In this document: positions 26,800 to 35,420 of the stretch, one piece after another
Position numbering within the stretch: the stretch's first letter is position 1
Layout of the letters: each line of letters opens with the position of its first letter
From: an uncultured Saccharofermentans sp.
GTDB lineage: Bacteria > Bacillota > Clostridia > Saccharofermentanales > Saccharofermentanaceae
Reading direction: 5' to 3'
Assembly (NCBI GenBank): GCA_905234715.1
Contig: CAJOJI010000001.1
Coordinates: 8,582-72,581 of the forward strand
DNA length: 64,000 bases
Made by a program: the position numbers and the translations under genes
The notes under the pieces: model-generated
What the model was told of the DNA's origin: nothing
Database searches by the model: none
What the model saw: only the letters and a program-made list of their open reading frames with translations

Positions 26800-28470
26800 T
26801 CAGCCGTTCTCCTGAACGATGAACTTCTCGAATTCATCTGCAGGAACAGGCTTTGAAAAATAGTAACCCTGAATTATCTGGCATCCCATGCACTTCAGCA
26901 TGTCGAGCTGTGCCTTGGTCTCAACACCTTCCGCAACAACGGGAACATCCAGGAATTTTGCAATGTCCAAAATTATCTCCACGAGTTTTAAATTCTTGTC
27001 GTTCTCTTCCATCTTTCTGACGAAACCCATGTCGAGTTTGAGGACGTCGATCGGTATCGTGGTGATCATGTTAAGAGAAGAATATCCCGCGCCGAAATCA
27101 TCCATCTCGATCTTGAATCCGGATTCACGGAGGCTGTTGGTTACTTCAGTAAGCGAGCCCGCATTGTCGGCATAAGCTGACTCGGTAATTTCCAGCATAA
27201 GTTCTTTCTCATCAAGACCGTTGCTTTCGATTATCTTTCTGAGTTTTTCTTTAAGCGCAGGATCAAAAATATCGATTCTCGAAACGTTGACAGACACTGA
27301 GATCGAACGGCCGAACTTTTCTTTCCATTCTTTTATCTGCTGTGCAGCTTTGCTCCAGACATAATTATCGACTTTCTGGATCAGTCCGTTGCTCTCGAAA
27401 AGAGGAATGAAATCACCCGGATGGACAATGCCGAGTTCCGGATGCACCCATCTGATAAGAGCCTCTGCGCTCCTGAGCTTCGGTTTAACATCCGTGATGT
27501 CGTAGACTTTCAGATCACCGTTTTCGATTGCCTGGTCGATATCCTTGATAAGTCTTTCCTGATAGATCGATCTTAAGTGAAGATCCTTGCTGTAATAAGA
27601 AACTGAAGCAGTAAAGTCTCCTCTTATCTTGTCGCATGCTGTTTTCGCGCGGTCAAAACGGATCTCGATATCTGTTTCCGCATCAGCGTTCAGATAAATG
27701 CCTGAACGCAGTCTGATCTTGGCAGAACCGGATGAATTGATGAACTTATCCTGAATCTCATTTATCAGAGGCGAATAGTCTTCAATGTGATCGCAGTAAA
27801 CATAGAACGTATCTGCTTCGGGTCTGCAGGCGATTATCGCGATATCCTTAAGTACTTCTCCGAGAGTATCGGCAACGCGCATCAGCACGGTGTTTCCGAC
27901 AGTTCTTCCGTACATTTCGTTGACCAGATGGAAACGGTCAATATTAAAGACCAGAACATCTGCAGGAGCTTTGCGGTGAGCCTCGATCCGCTTTATGTAT
28001 TCGAAGAAATAATCACGTGTGAAAAGGCCGGTAACATGATCCTTCTCAGTTGATTTGATAATGATGTTGTCTTCTGAAAGATGAATGATCCTCTCGCATC
28101 TTGCGAGGATGACTTCAGGCATGTCATAAGGTTTTGTAATGAAGTCGGCAGCACCAAGTTTGATGCTCTTTACTTCCGCTTCTTTCTCAGATGTCATGAC
28201 GATGATCGGAATACGCTTTAAGATCTCGTTTTCCTGGATCTTTTCAATGAACGTGAAGCCGTCCATGACCGGCATAAGAAGATCAAGGAGAATGAGTGAG
28301 ATATCGCTTTCATCACCCTGCAGTTTCTCCAGTGCTTCCTGACCGTTTTCGGCATAGACAACTTCGTAATGCTCAGCCAGCATATTGCCCAGCAACTCAC
28401 GGTTAATGAACTCATCGTCTATGACGAGAACGCGTCTTTTGAATCCACCTGCAAACAAAAATCTGTCCAT
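26800..28470 (-). CDS. REC-GGDEF(degenerate)-EAL response regulator
   Basis: REC domain with LLDLLMP; GGDEF site reads PEADTF; EAL domain with AEALIRW, LEITE, DDFGAGYSSL and AEGVET. Confidence 0.88.
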   Translation of the reverse strand: MDRFLFAGGFKRRVLVIDDEFINRELLGNMLAEHYEVVYAENGQEALEKLQGDESDISLILLDLLMPVMDGFTFIEKIQENEILKRIPIIVMTSEKEAEVKSIKLGAADFITKPYDMPEVILARCERIIHLSEDNIIIKSTEKDHVTGLFTRDYFFEYIKRIEAHRKAPADVLVFNIDRFHLVNEMYGRTVGNTVLMRVADTLGEVLKDIAIIACRPEADTFYVYCDHIEDYSPLINEIQDKFINSSGSAKIRLRSGIYLNADAETDIEIRFDRAKTACDKIRGDFTASVSYYSKDLHLRSIYQERLIKDIDQAIENGDLKVYDITDVKPKLRSAEALIRWVHPELGIVHPGDFIPLFESNGLIQKVDNYVWSKAAQQIKEWKEKFGRSISVSVNVSRIDIFDPALKEKLRKIIESNGLDEKELMLEITESAYADNAGSLTEVTNSLRESGFKIEMDDFGAGYSSLNMITTIPIDVLKLDMGFVRKMEENDKNLKLVEIILDIAKFLDVPVVAEGVETKAQLDMLKCMGCQIIQGYYFSKPVPADEFEKFIVQENG

Positions 28471-28477
28471 ATGTCAC

Positions 28478-31153
28478 CTATCCTTTCTTCCGGATAAACT
28501 TGGCTAATGTCTTAAACAGCGCTTCAGGCTGAACGGGTTTGCTCAGGTGTGCATTGAGACCTGCCTGAAGGCTCCTCTGTACATCCTCGTCAAACGCATT
28601 CGCCGTAAGTGCGATTATCGGAATATTCTTCGAATCTTTCTTATCCATTGCACGGATGACTCTCGTGGCTTCAAGGCCGTCCATCTCAGGCATTCTCATG
28701 TCCATAAGGATCGCATCGTAATAACCGTCTTCGTGCTGACTGTAGAGATCAACCGCGATCTTACCGTTCTCCGCGTGATCAACTTCGATCTCTTTGCTGC
28801 TTAAGATCATGGTCATGATCTCCGCATTGATCGGTACGTCTTCTGCCATGAGCACTCTTCTGCCCTTAAGTTCGACAGGCTCGAGGTTGCGTTCAGCTTC
28901 ACTTCGCTTGCTTGCCACCGCACTCTTGAACTCTTCCAAAACAGTTGAAGCAAACAAAGGCTTTGCAAGGAAACTGTCGACTCCGGCCTTTACTGCCTCT
29001 TCGAAAATATCATCCCACTTATATGCGGTAAGGATGATGATCGCAGAATCATTACCTGCAATCTCTCTTATCCTTTTCGTTGTTTCCACGCCGTCCATCT
29101 CAGGCATCTGCCAGTCGACAAGGATCAGGTTATAAGGATCCTGTCTTGCCTGACGAAGCTTAACAAGTTCGATCGCTTCAGCGCCGGATGTCACTGTTTC
29201 GGAAGCAATACCCGCTTTCTCCAAAACCAACTTTGCATGTTCGCAAGCGATCGGATCGTCATCGACGACAAGCACTTTGATCTCGCCGGGTTCAATGTCA
29301 TAACGGCATTCGCCGCCCTTATTCTCGGAGTCATCCAAAGTCAGGGTTACAAGGAAAGTCGCGCCGTTGCCCTTTGTACTCTTAACACTTATATCGCCGT
29401 TCATTATCTCAACGATATTCTTCGTTATCGCAAGGCCAAGGCCGGAACTTCCGTACTTATTCGTGGTCGAATTATCTTCCTGCGCAAACGGCTCGAAAAT
29501 CTTAGGCAGGAATTCCTCGCTGATTCCGATTCCGTTATCAGTGATCTTAAACTGCAGTGTGGTCTTGCCTTCAAACTGCGCTTTCTTATTAACGTCGAAA
29601 ATGATCTTTCCTTTTTCCGGAGTGAACTTTACGGCATTGCCCAGGATGTTTATCAGCACCTGGCGGATCTTCGTGTTATCGCCGATATAGCAGTCTGCGA
29701 TCTCCGGATCGATGTGGCACTGATATTCAATTCCCTTGTCGATGCACTGACCGGAGATCATGGTATTGATCGTTTCCATGAGCTTAGAGAATGAGAATTC
29801 TTCGTTCTTTACGATCATGCGTCCCGATTCGATCCTGGACATATCGAGGATGTCGTTGATAAGGCTTAACAGGTGTTCAGCAGAATCTCCGATCTTCCTT
29901 AAGTATTCTTTTGTCTTCTCAGGCGTATCGGGATCATTAAGAGCGATGTTATCCAGACCGATTATCGCATTCATCGGAGTCCTGATCTCATGAGACATGT
30001 TGGACAGGAATGCAGACTTGGCTTTATTGGCTCCCTCAGCGACATTAAGCGCATCAGAAAGAGCTGCAGACTGCTGCTCAAGCTGTTTCTGAAGGATATT
30101 GCTCTTATCAAGTTCCTCCTGCTTACCGCGGACTTCAGCCTGTGCTGTCTCAGTCTCGATCTGAAGCTTTGTGCTTCTCCTCGTCTCAGAAATAATGAAG
30201 AGGAACATTGCGGCCATCGCTACGACAGTAAGGACTGACTGTATAATGCCTCTGGTGATCATGCCGCTGGATATGCTGGTAATGTTATCGGAAATTACGC
30301 TTTCTCTTACAAGATATGTGAGGTTCCAGTCTGTAGAATCAACAGGAATAAAACTCAACGTCTCTTCCATGCCGTTATAAGTGAACGAGACCTCACCGCG
30401 CTTGCCGCTGCCGAATTCGTCTACAAATCTCTCGTAAGTATATCCGTCTTCGAACTCCGCATTCTTCATGGCCTCAAGGAGATTGTTCTCTGACGCGAGT
30501 CCGCCGAGAACGTGCTCAGTCAGAGAGACACCGTCTCTCGTATAGATGTTACAGAATGTGGTGTTATTTTCATCAGATTCCATGGAGACACCATTAAGCA
30601 TCTCATTCATATCGATCTCCAAGAAGCAGACTTTAAAGTCTTCATCACCAAACTTAAGCTCGACAGGGACTGCGATTACGACTTTTTTCTCACGTGTCTG
30701 AAGATTGAAAATGGATATCTCAGGTTCTGATATATTCAGATAATCGATTGCATATTCGTCAATATTATCCTGCGTTCCCAGGGAGGTATAGATAAGTCCG
30801 TCAGAATCAATAAATGCAAACTTATCAAGAACATAGAGCTTCTTCATACGTGCCTGATAAGCCTGGAGATGCTCCATGTCACTTAAGTCCTCATCGGACA
30901 TCAGGCTTACCGCTGTTCTTAAGTCACGGATCTTATTCTGGAGATTGTTTTCGACAACCTGCTCACGTCTTCCGGCAAGCTCGTCAAGATAGAGGACACT
31001 TACCGAACGTACGGCTTTCTCATTGTCACGCTGTGCACTTCGAACGACCCAAACTGTACCCAGCACCATTATGAGCGCAATTATCAAACTCCCGATTACA
31101 GCAATACGGGTAGTTTTGCTGTTCTTTGAAACAGAAGCTGTTTGCTTATCCAT
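28478..31153 (-). CDS. Hybrid sensor histidine kinase with Cache-like ectodomain and two REC domains
   Basis: Two TM segments, FLSNMSHEIRTPMNAI H-box, NAVKFT, GSSGLGL, and two receiver domains. Confidence 0.93.
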   Translation of the reverse strand: MDKQTASVSKNSKTTRIAVIGSLIIALIMVLGTVWVVRSAQRDNEKAVRSVSVLYLDELAGRREQVVENNLQNKIRDLRTAVSLMSDEDLSDMEHLQAYQARMKKLYVLDKFAFIDSDGLIYTSLGTQDNIDEYAIDYLNISEPEISIFNLQTREKKVVIAVPVELKFGDEDFKVCFLEIDMNEMLNGVSMESDENNTTFCNIYTRDGVSLTEHVLGGLASENNLLEAMKNAEFEDGYTYERFVDEFGSGKRGEVSFTYNGMEETLSFIPVDSTDWNLTYLVRESVISDNITSISSGMITRGIIQSVLTVVAMAAMFLFIISETRRSTKLQIETETAQAEVRGKQEELDKSNILQKQLEQQSAALSDALNVAEGANKAKSAFLSNMSHEIRTPMNAIIGLDNIALNDPDTPEKTKEYLRKIGDSAEHLLSLINDILDMSRIESGRMIVKNEEFSFSKLMETINTMISGQCIDKGIEYQCHIDPEIADCYIGDNTKIRQVLINILGNAVKFTPEKGKIIFDVNKKAQFEGKTTLQFKITDNGIGISEEFLPKIFEPFAQEDNSTTNKYGSSGLGLAITKNIVEIMNGDISVKSTKGNGATFLVTLTLDDSENKGGECRYDIEPGEIKVLVVDDDPIACEHAKLVLEKAGIASETVTSGAEAIELVKLRQARQDPYNLILVDWQMPEMDGVETTKRIREIAGNDSAIIILTAYKWDDIFEEAVKAGVDSFLAKPLFASTVLEEFKSAVASKRSEAERNLEPVELKGRRVLMAEDVPINAEIMTMILSSKEIEVDHAENGKIAVDLYSQHEDGYYDAILMDMRMPEMDGLEATRVIRAMDKKDSKNIPIIALTANAFDEDVQRSLQAGLNAHLSKPVQPEALFKTLAKFIRKKG

Positions 31154-31206
31154 ACCCTTGTTCCTTTCTGCTGTTCAGATCTCAACAAGGAAACCGTATG
31201 GACATA

Positions 31207-31965
31207 TTATAAATTATAATTTATTTTTTTACACCTGAAAAAGATGAAATCGGGCTGATGAATTACTCCGCCGAACTTGTCGGGATGCTTTTTTGCGATT
31301 TCATCGGGCACCATTGATTCCTGGCATTCTTCAATAACGAAACCTGCTGAAGCAATACAATTGATGAGAGTTGAGAGCTTTCTGTGATAAACCTCGTAGT
31401 CATCGACCACCCATTTGAAATGGCGCTCGCCTTCAATTCCGTAGTTATGGAGATTCGCATACAGCCTTACGCCGTCTTCAGTTCTCGTATATCTATCGTA
31501 GACACCGTCATAAGCAGTGGATATCGGATGAGACATCGAAAAGACAAGATATCCGCCATCGTTCAGGAGTGCATAAATGCTCCTCATCAATGCCAAGAAG
31601 TCTTCAGAATAATCGAAAGCAAGAGAACTCGTGATGACATCGAACTTCTCACCCAACTGGTCAAGATCTTCAAGTGCAAGTCTTTTGTATGTGATGTTAT
31701 CCGCACTATTGTTTTCGACAGCAAATGCGAGCATTTTTTCTGATATATCAGTGCCTAATACTGACTCAGCACCTGCCTTGGAATACTGCATCGCATGCTG
31801 GCCCATTCCGCATCCGACATCGAGCATCTTTTTACCCCTAAGATCAGGAAGCATTTTTGTGATTATCGGTGTCTCGATGACATCATTGAAATTGATCTCA
31901 TCGCTTCTTAAGCCTTTGAAGTTTTCATAAAACGTATCGTTATCGTAAATGTTTTGCTGTGCCAT
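31207..31965 (-). CDS. Class I SAM-dependent methyltransferase
   Basis: MLDVGCGMG and GTDISEKML. Confidence 0.9.
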   Translation of the reverse strand: MAQQNIYDNDTFYENFKGLRSDEINFNDVIETPIITKMLPDLRGKKMLDVGCGMGQHAMQYSKAGAESVLGTDISEKMLAFAVENNSADNITYKRLALEDLDQLGEKFDVITSSLAFDYSEDFLALMRSIYALLNDGGYLVFSMSHPISTAYDGVYDRYTRTEDGVRLYANLHNYGIEGERHFKWVVDDYEVYHRKLSTLINCIASAGFVIEECQESMVPDEIAKKHPDKFGGVIHQPDFIFFRCKKINYNL

Positions 31966-31985
31966 ATTATCCCCTTTAACGCCAA

Positions 31986-32359
31986 TCAGATCTGCCTCAG
32001 TATTTCCTCATAAGAAACTGCTCTTATCACACGGAAATTCTTCTCGATCTCTTTTGTCCAGAGATCTATCTCACCTTCGATATCAGATACTTCCGGAAGA
32101 ATGAATCCCCATATCTTACAACCCGTTTTCTTAAGTTCCGGAAGAAAGTATGTAAATCCCCATTCAACATCTTCTTTCACATCTTCAAAACCATTTCTGG
32201 CATCAACGATAAAGATGCTGTCATTGTGTTCTCTCAACATATCAAGCGATGCTTTTACAGGATCTCTGTAGTCATCGAAATGTGCTTCTTTTTCCATACA
32301 TGAAAAACGACATTATCATTTGCGATATATTCAGTTTTTGCAAAATCACTTTCGAACAT
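31986..32359 (-). pseudogene. Frameshifted hypothetical gene (one base missing in an A5 run), or a sequencing error
   Basis: Good RBS plus ATG 32359 gives MFESDFAKTEYIANDNVVFHVWK. The rest (EAHFDDYRDP..., ORF 31986-32297) is in another frame, joined at the run at 32289-32293. Confidence 0.6.
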
Positions 32360-32373
32360 CTTTATTCCTCCCG

Positions 32374-32847
32374 TCACTCAAAATCCAATCTCATAAATAC
32401 ATCTGCATAAACATTATCATTATATCTTTCCGTCATTTTAAAACCGGTCTTCTTATACAATCTTAAAGCATCTTTGTACGATGACATTGAATCAAGAACG
32501 ATACTCTTAAACCCAAGCCGCTTTGCTTCATCAACAACTTTATCCATCAGTCTTCTTCCGTGGCTCTTACCTCTGTAGTTACGATCGAGATACATTGCTT
32601 TGAGTTCAACAGTATAATCATCAACCTTTTTCAATGCAACTGTTCCAATAACCTTCTCCTGATCGACCAGGCAAAAGAACACTTCAAACTCATTCCCGAT
32701 GTCGTTATAAAAACTGTGTCTGCCTGATGGTTCGAACTTCTTTCCGAGCTCTTCAAAACAAGCACCGGTAAAATCGAAAACCTGCTGCTTATATGAATCG
32801 TTATACGGAATTAATTCTATAGCATGCTCCATAGTTTTTGCCTGCAA
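32374..32847 (-). CDS. GNAT N-acetyltransferase
   Basis: MYLDRNYRGKSHG and ALRLYKKTGF. Confidence 0.85.
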   Translation of the reverse strand: MQAKTMEHAIELIPYNDSYKQQVFDFTGACFEELGKKFEPSGRHSFYNDIGNEFEVFFCLVDQEKVIGTVALKKVDDYTVELKAMYLDRNYRGKSHGRRLMDKVVDEAKRLGFKSIVLDSMSSYKDALRLYKKTGFKMTERYNDNVYADVFMRLDFE

Positions 32848-32909
32848 TCTTGTCAGCGTTAAGTTATTACAAACACGGAACGAACCGCCTTTTCTTTACA
32901 GCGTTAAGA

Positions 32910-33368
32910 TTAGATGGTTTTCTCCATCTTGTCAAAGCAAAGATAATCGCCATATCCTGTGTCGAGGATATTGTATTCTATCTCCTTAAAGCCTCTTATA
33001 AGGTAGATCTTCTTAGCGGGAAGCGACGCGTGAATAACTATCACGTCATACTTTTCAGCAATCTTTTCTTCGGCAAGATCTATCAATGCTCTGCCGTATC
33101 CTTTGTGCTGATAAGATGGCAGTACAAACAGTCTGTCGATCTCATTATCAGATATTGTTACAGTACCTGCTGCATCACCTTCATCAGTTATAAGAAGATA
33201 TACGATTCCCAAATCAATATCACGCATTATTCTTTCATCTGAATGATGATCGTGAAAGAACTTTACTGCTCCTTCAGGATAGTATTTGGGATATACTTCA
33301 CCGATAGTTTTATGTGTGATTTCTTTTACTGTTTCAAAGTCATTTCTATCTGCAATTCTTATGTTCAT
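32910..33368 (-). CDS. GNAT N-acetyltransferase
   Basis: LFVLPSYQHKGYG. Confidence 0.88.
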   Translation of the reverse strand: MNIRIADRNDFETVKEITHKTIGEVYPKYYPEGAVKFFHDHHSDERIMRDIDLGIVYLLITDEGDAAGTVTISDNEIDRLFVLPSYQHKGYGRALIDLAEEKIAEKYDVIVIHASLPAKKIYLIRGFKEIEYNILDTGYGDYLCFDKMEKTI

Positions 33369-33374
33369 ATATAC

Positions 33375-33686
33375 TCACTTTTTCTTTGGCGCCGGAAGCT
33401 CAGGATACATTGCATCAAAGAGTTCTTTTAAGAATTCCTTATTGTCGACTTCATCTACCATGAGCATTTCTTTCGCGCCTTCATAAGGAAGTTCAAGTTC
33501 TGCATCCGGCATCAGTTTTAAGGATGATTTGGTCTGCTTAACAAGGAAACGTTCATCGTAGATACCGCCTACGATCTTTCCGCGGTAGTAGATAATGTAT
33601 TCGCCCATCATGGCTTTATATGTTATGTCTTCGAGAAGCGATAACTGTTCAAGAATAAATTCAAGATATTCTTTGCTTGATGCCAT
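33375..33686 (-). CDS. TfoX N-terminal domain protein
   Basis: YKAMMGEYIIYYRGKIVGGIYDERFLVK and PYEGAKEM. Confidence 0.8.
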   Translation of the reverse strand: MASSKEYLEFILEQLSLLEDITYKAMMGEYIIYYRGKIVGGIYDERFLVKQTKSSLKLMPDAELELPYEGAKEMLMVDEVDNKEFLKELFDAMYPELPAPKKK

Positions 33687-33687
33687 A

Positions 33688-33825
33688 TTAGTGTCCTTCG
33701 TCTTTTACGAGATACACATTGCTTGTATCTTCTGATTCTTTTATCTCAAAGCCAAGAACATCTCTGTAGAAACGAAGCATCTTAGGCATGTCTTCAACCA
33801 ATATACCAAAACCGTCTAATCTCAT
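33688..33825 (-). pseudogene. Truncated VOC/glyoxalase gene (N-terminal 45 codons only)
   Basis: RBS plus MRLDGFGILVEDMPKMLRFYRDVLGFEIK..., the canonical VOC beta-alpha start (FYRDVLG); stops after VKDEGH. Confidence 0.75.
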
Positions 33826-33842
33826 TTTGTATAACTTCCTGT

Positions 33843-34325
33843 TTAAATATTTTTCTCAAGATAACCGCATGTGAACGGAAAGAAATCGAATTTCTTTGTG
33901 CCTATATGAGTGAATCCGTGAGCTTCGTACCATGCTCTTAAAACAGTGTTTTCCTCTACGATGCTGAGATTCATTTTTGTGCATCCTAAAGACTTTGCAC
34001 GTTCTATTGAATCGTTTAAAAGTGCGTCTCCGATACCGTCATGTCTGTAATCGGGAAGAACGCATAAACTTCCCAATTCGCACTCGTTATCGCCTGGCAG
34101 ATAGAGATTATAGTAACCAACCAATTTGCCGTCTGAAAAGTATCCGTACATCGGGCGGTGCTGGTTATCCATCCAATGCAGGATCTTCGCTTCATCGGTA
34201 GCATAAGCAGTAAATGCCGGCGCATTTTCAGGCGTGATATCAAACTGCCTGGCAACCGTCATGAAACTTTCCCTGATAACACTGATGCATTCGGGAATAT
34301 CTTTCTTTTCGATCTGTCTAATCAT
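33843..34325 (-). CDS. GNAT N-acetyltransferase
   Basis: LCVLPDYRHDGIG and WYEAHGF. Start moved to ATG 34325, which overlaps the upstream stop. Confidence 0.88.
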   Translation of the reverse strand: MIRQIEKKDIPECISVIRESFMTVARQFDITPENAPAFTAYATDEAKILHWMDNQHRPMYGYFSDGKLVGYYNLYLPGDNECELGSLCVLPDYRHDGIGDALLNDSIERAKSLGCTKMNLSIVEENTVLRAWYEAHGFTHIGTKKFDFFPFTCGYLEKNI

Positions 34326-35323
34326 ACTGCACCAAATGATCCGAGGAAGAACAGTGCCGTCTTTTTCGCAAATGTACCGAACGACTTCGGCCACTGTCCG
34401 TCGATCTTACCTGTCTGTCCGTTGATAACTATCGTGTACAACCGGTTATCGTAGAAGAACGAATTGATCCAGACAGGAACGATAAGGTATTTATATCTGA
34501 GATTGTAATAGTCCGTAGCCATCTCGATTCCCATGATATAACGCGAATCGCCCTGCTTATTTACCTGCTGCTGGAGATGAAAATTCAAGTCATTACCGAG
34601 ACTGTTCCAGGCATCAGTCAGACCGATAGAATAGTGCTCGCATGGGAAACCCGCCAAAGCTTCAGGCGTATAAGGCTTAGCCTCTCTTGTTCTGTAATCC
34701 TTCAAGACGGATAGAATGAGTTTATCTGATGCAAGCTGCTTACTTGCAACAACAGGGAAATCATCAACCTGATACTGGAATTTTCCGCTCTTGAAAAGAG
34801 TTCTCCTGCTGTCTTCTGTGTAATGACCTGTATATCTGTTCTCAGTCAGAACATCGAAAGTGAACATAGGAACATAGATACCGTAGAACTGGTTAAGTCT
34901 TGCATTCTGTGCGAGAAGTTCAGGGGCAAGAAATCTGTCCTTGATCCAGTCTTTAAAGATATAGTATGCGCGCTCTTCAGTGATCTTAAACGGAATGACT
35001 CCGTTAGGCGCCATGATGTCCTGTTCAGGATCGCCTGATTCAACGGTCGTTGAACCGCAGAAAGGACATAGACCGGAAAGCTGAAGCTTGTTCTGAATCG
35101 TCGCTGCACCGCACTGCTTGCAGACGACTACCTTGGCTTCCATGCCCCAGTCGTGGCTTGCAGTATTCTGAGCGGTAAGGAAATCCATTTCCTCGACCGG
35201 GATCTTTGATACCAATTCGGGAATGATCTCCTTACGGCCGCAGGACTGACACAAAAGGCTGTCCCAGCCGGGTTTGAAGATCATTGTACCGCCGCATGAA
35301 GGACACTTTCTGGTTTGCTCCAT
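34322..35323 (-). CDS. Zinc-ribbon-containing hypothetical protein
   Basis: CPSCGG, CQSCG, CKQCGA and CPFCGS; C-terminal INGQTGKI.G..P. Confidence 0.7.
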   Translation of the reverse strand: MEQTRKCPSCGGTMIFKPGWDSLLCQSCGRKEIIPELVSKIPVEEMDFLTAQNTASHDWGMEAKVVVCKQCGAATIQNKLQLSGLCPFCGSTTVESGDPEQDIMAPNGVIPFKITEERAYYIFKDWIKDRFLAPELLAQNARLNQFYGIYVPMFTFDVLTENRYTGHYTEDSRRTLFKSGKFQYQVDDFPVVASKQLASDKLILSVLKDYRTREAKPYTPEALAGFPCEHYSIGLTDAWNSLGNDLNFHLQQQVNKQGDSRYIMGIEMATDYYNLRYKYLIVPVWINSFFYDNRLYTIVINGQTGKIDGQWPKSFGTFAKKTALFFLGSFGAV

Positions 35324-35393
35324 AGCGCTTATCCCCCTTATCTTTTTCCTGTCTGAATAAACTTAAATTGAAACACTGTAACATCTATTATAC

Positions 35394-35420
35394 AAAAAGA
35401 AGCAGCCTTATGACTGCTCC
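35394..35420 (-). terminator. Intrinsic terminator after the HD-GYP gene
   Basis: mRNA GGAGCAGU/GCUGCUUC followed by UUUUU. Confidence 0.6.

Noticed and set aside
32854-32908. 10-bp direct repeat CAGCGTTAAG between two GNAT genes as an integron attC site
   Set aside because: It is a direct repeat, not the inverted R''/R' arrangement; there is no GTTRRRY partner and no integrase in the window.
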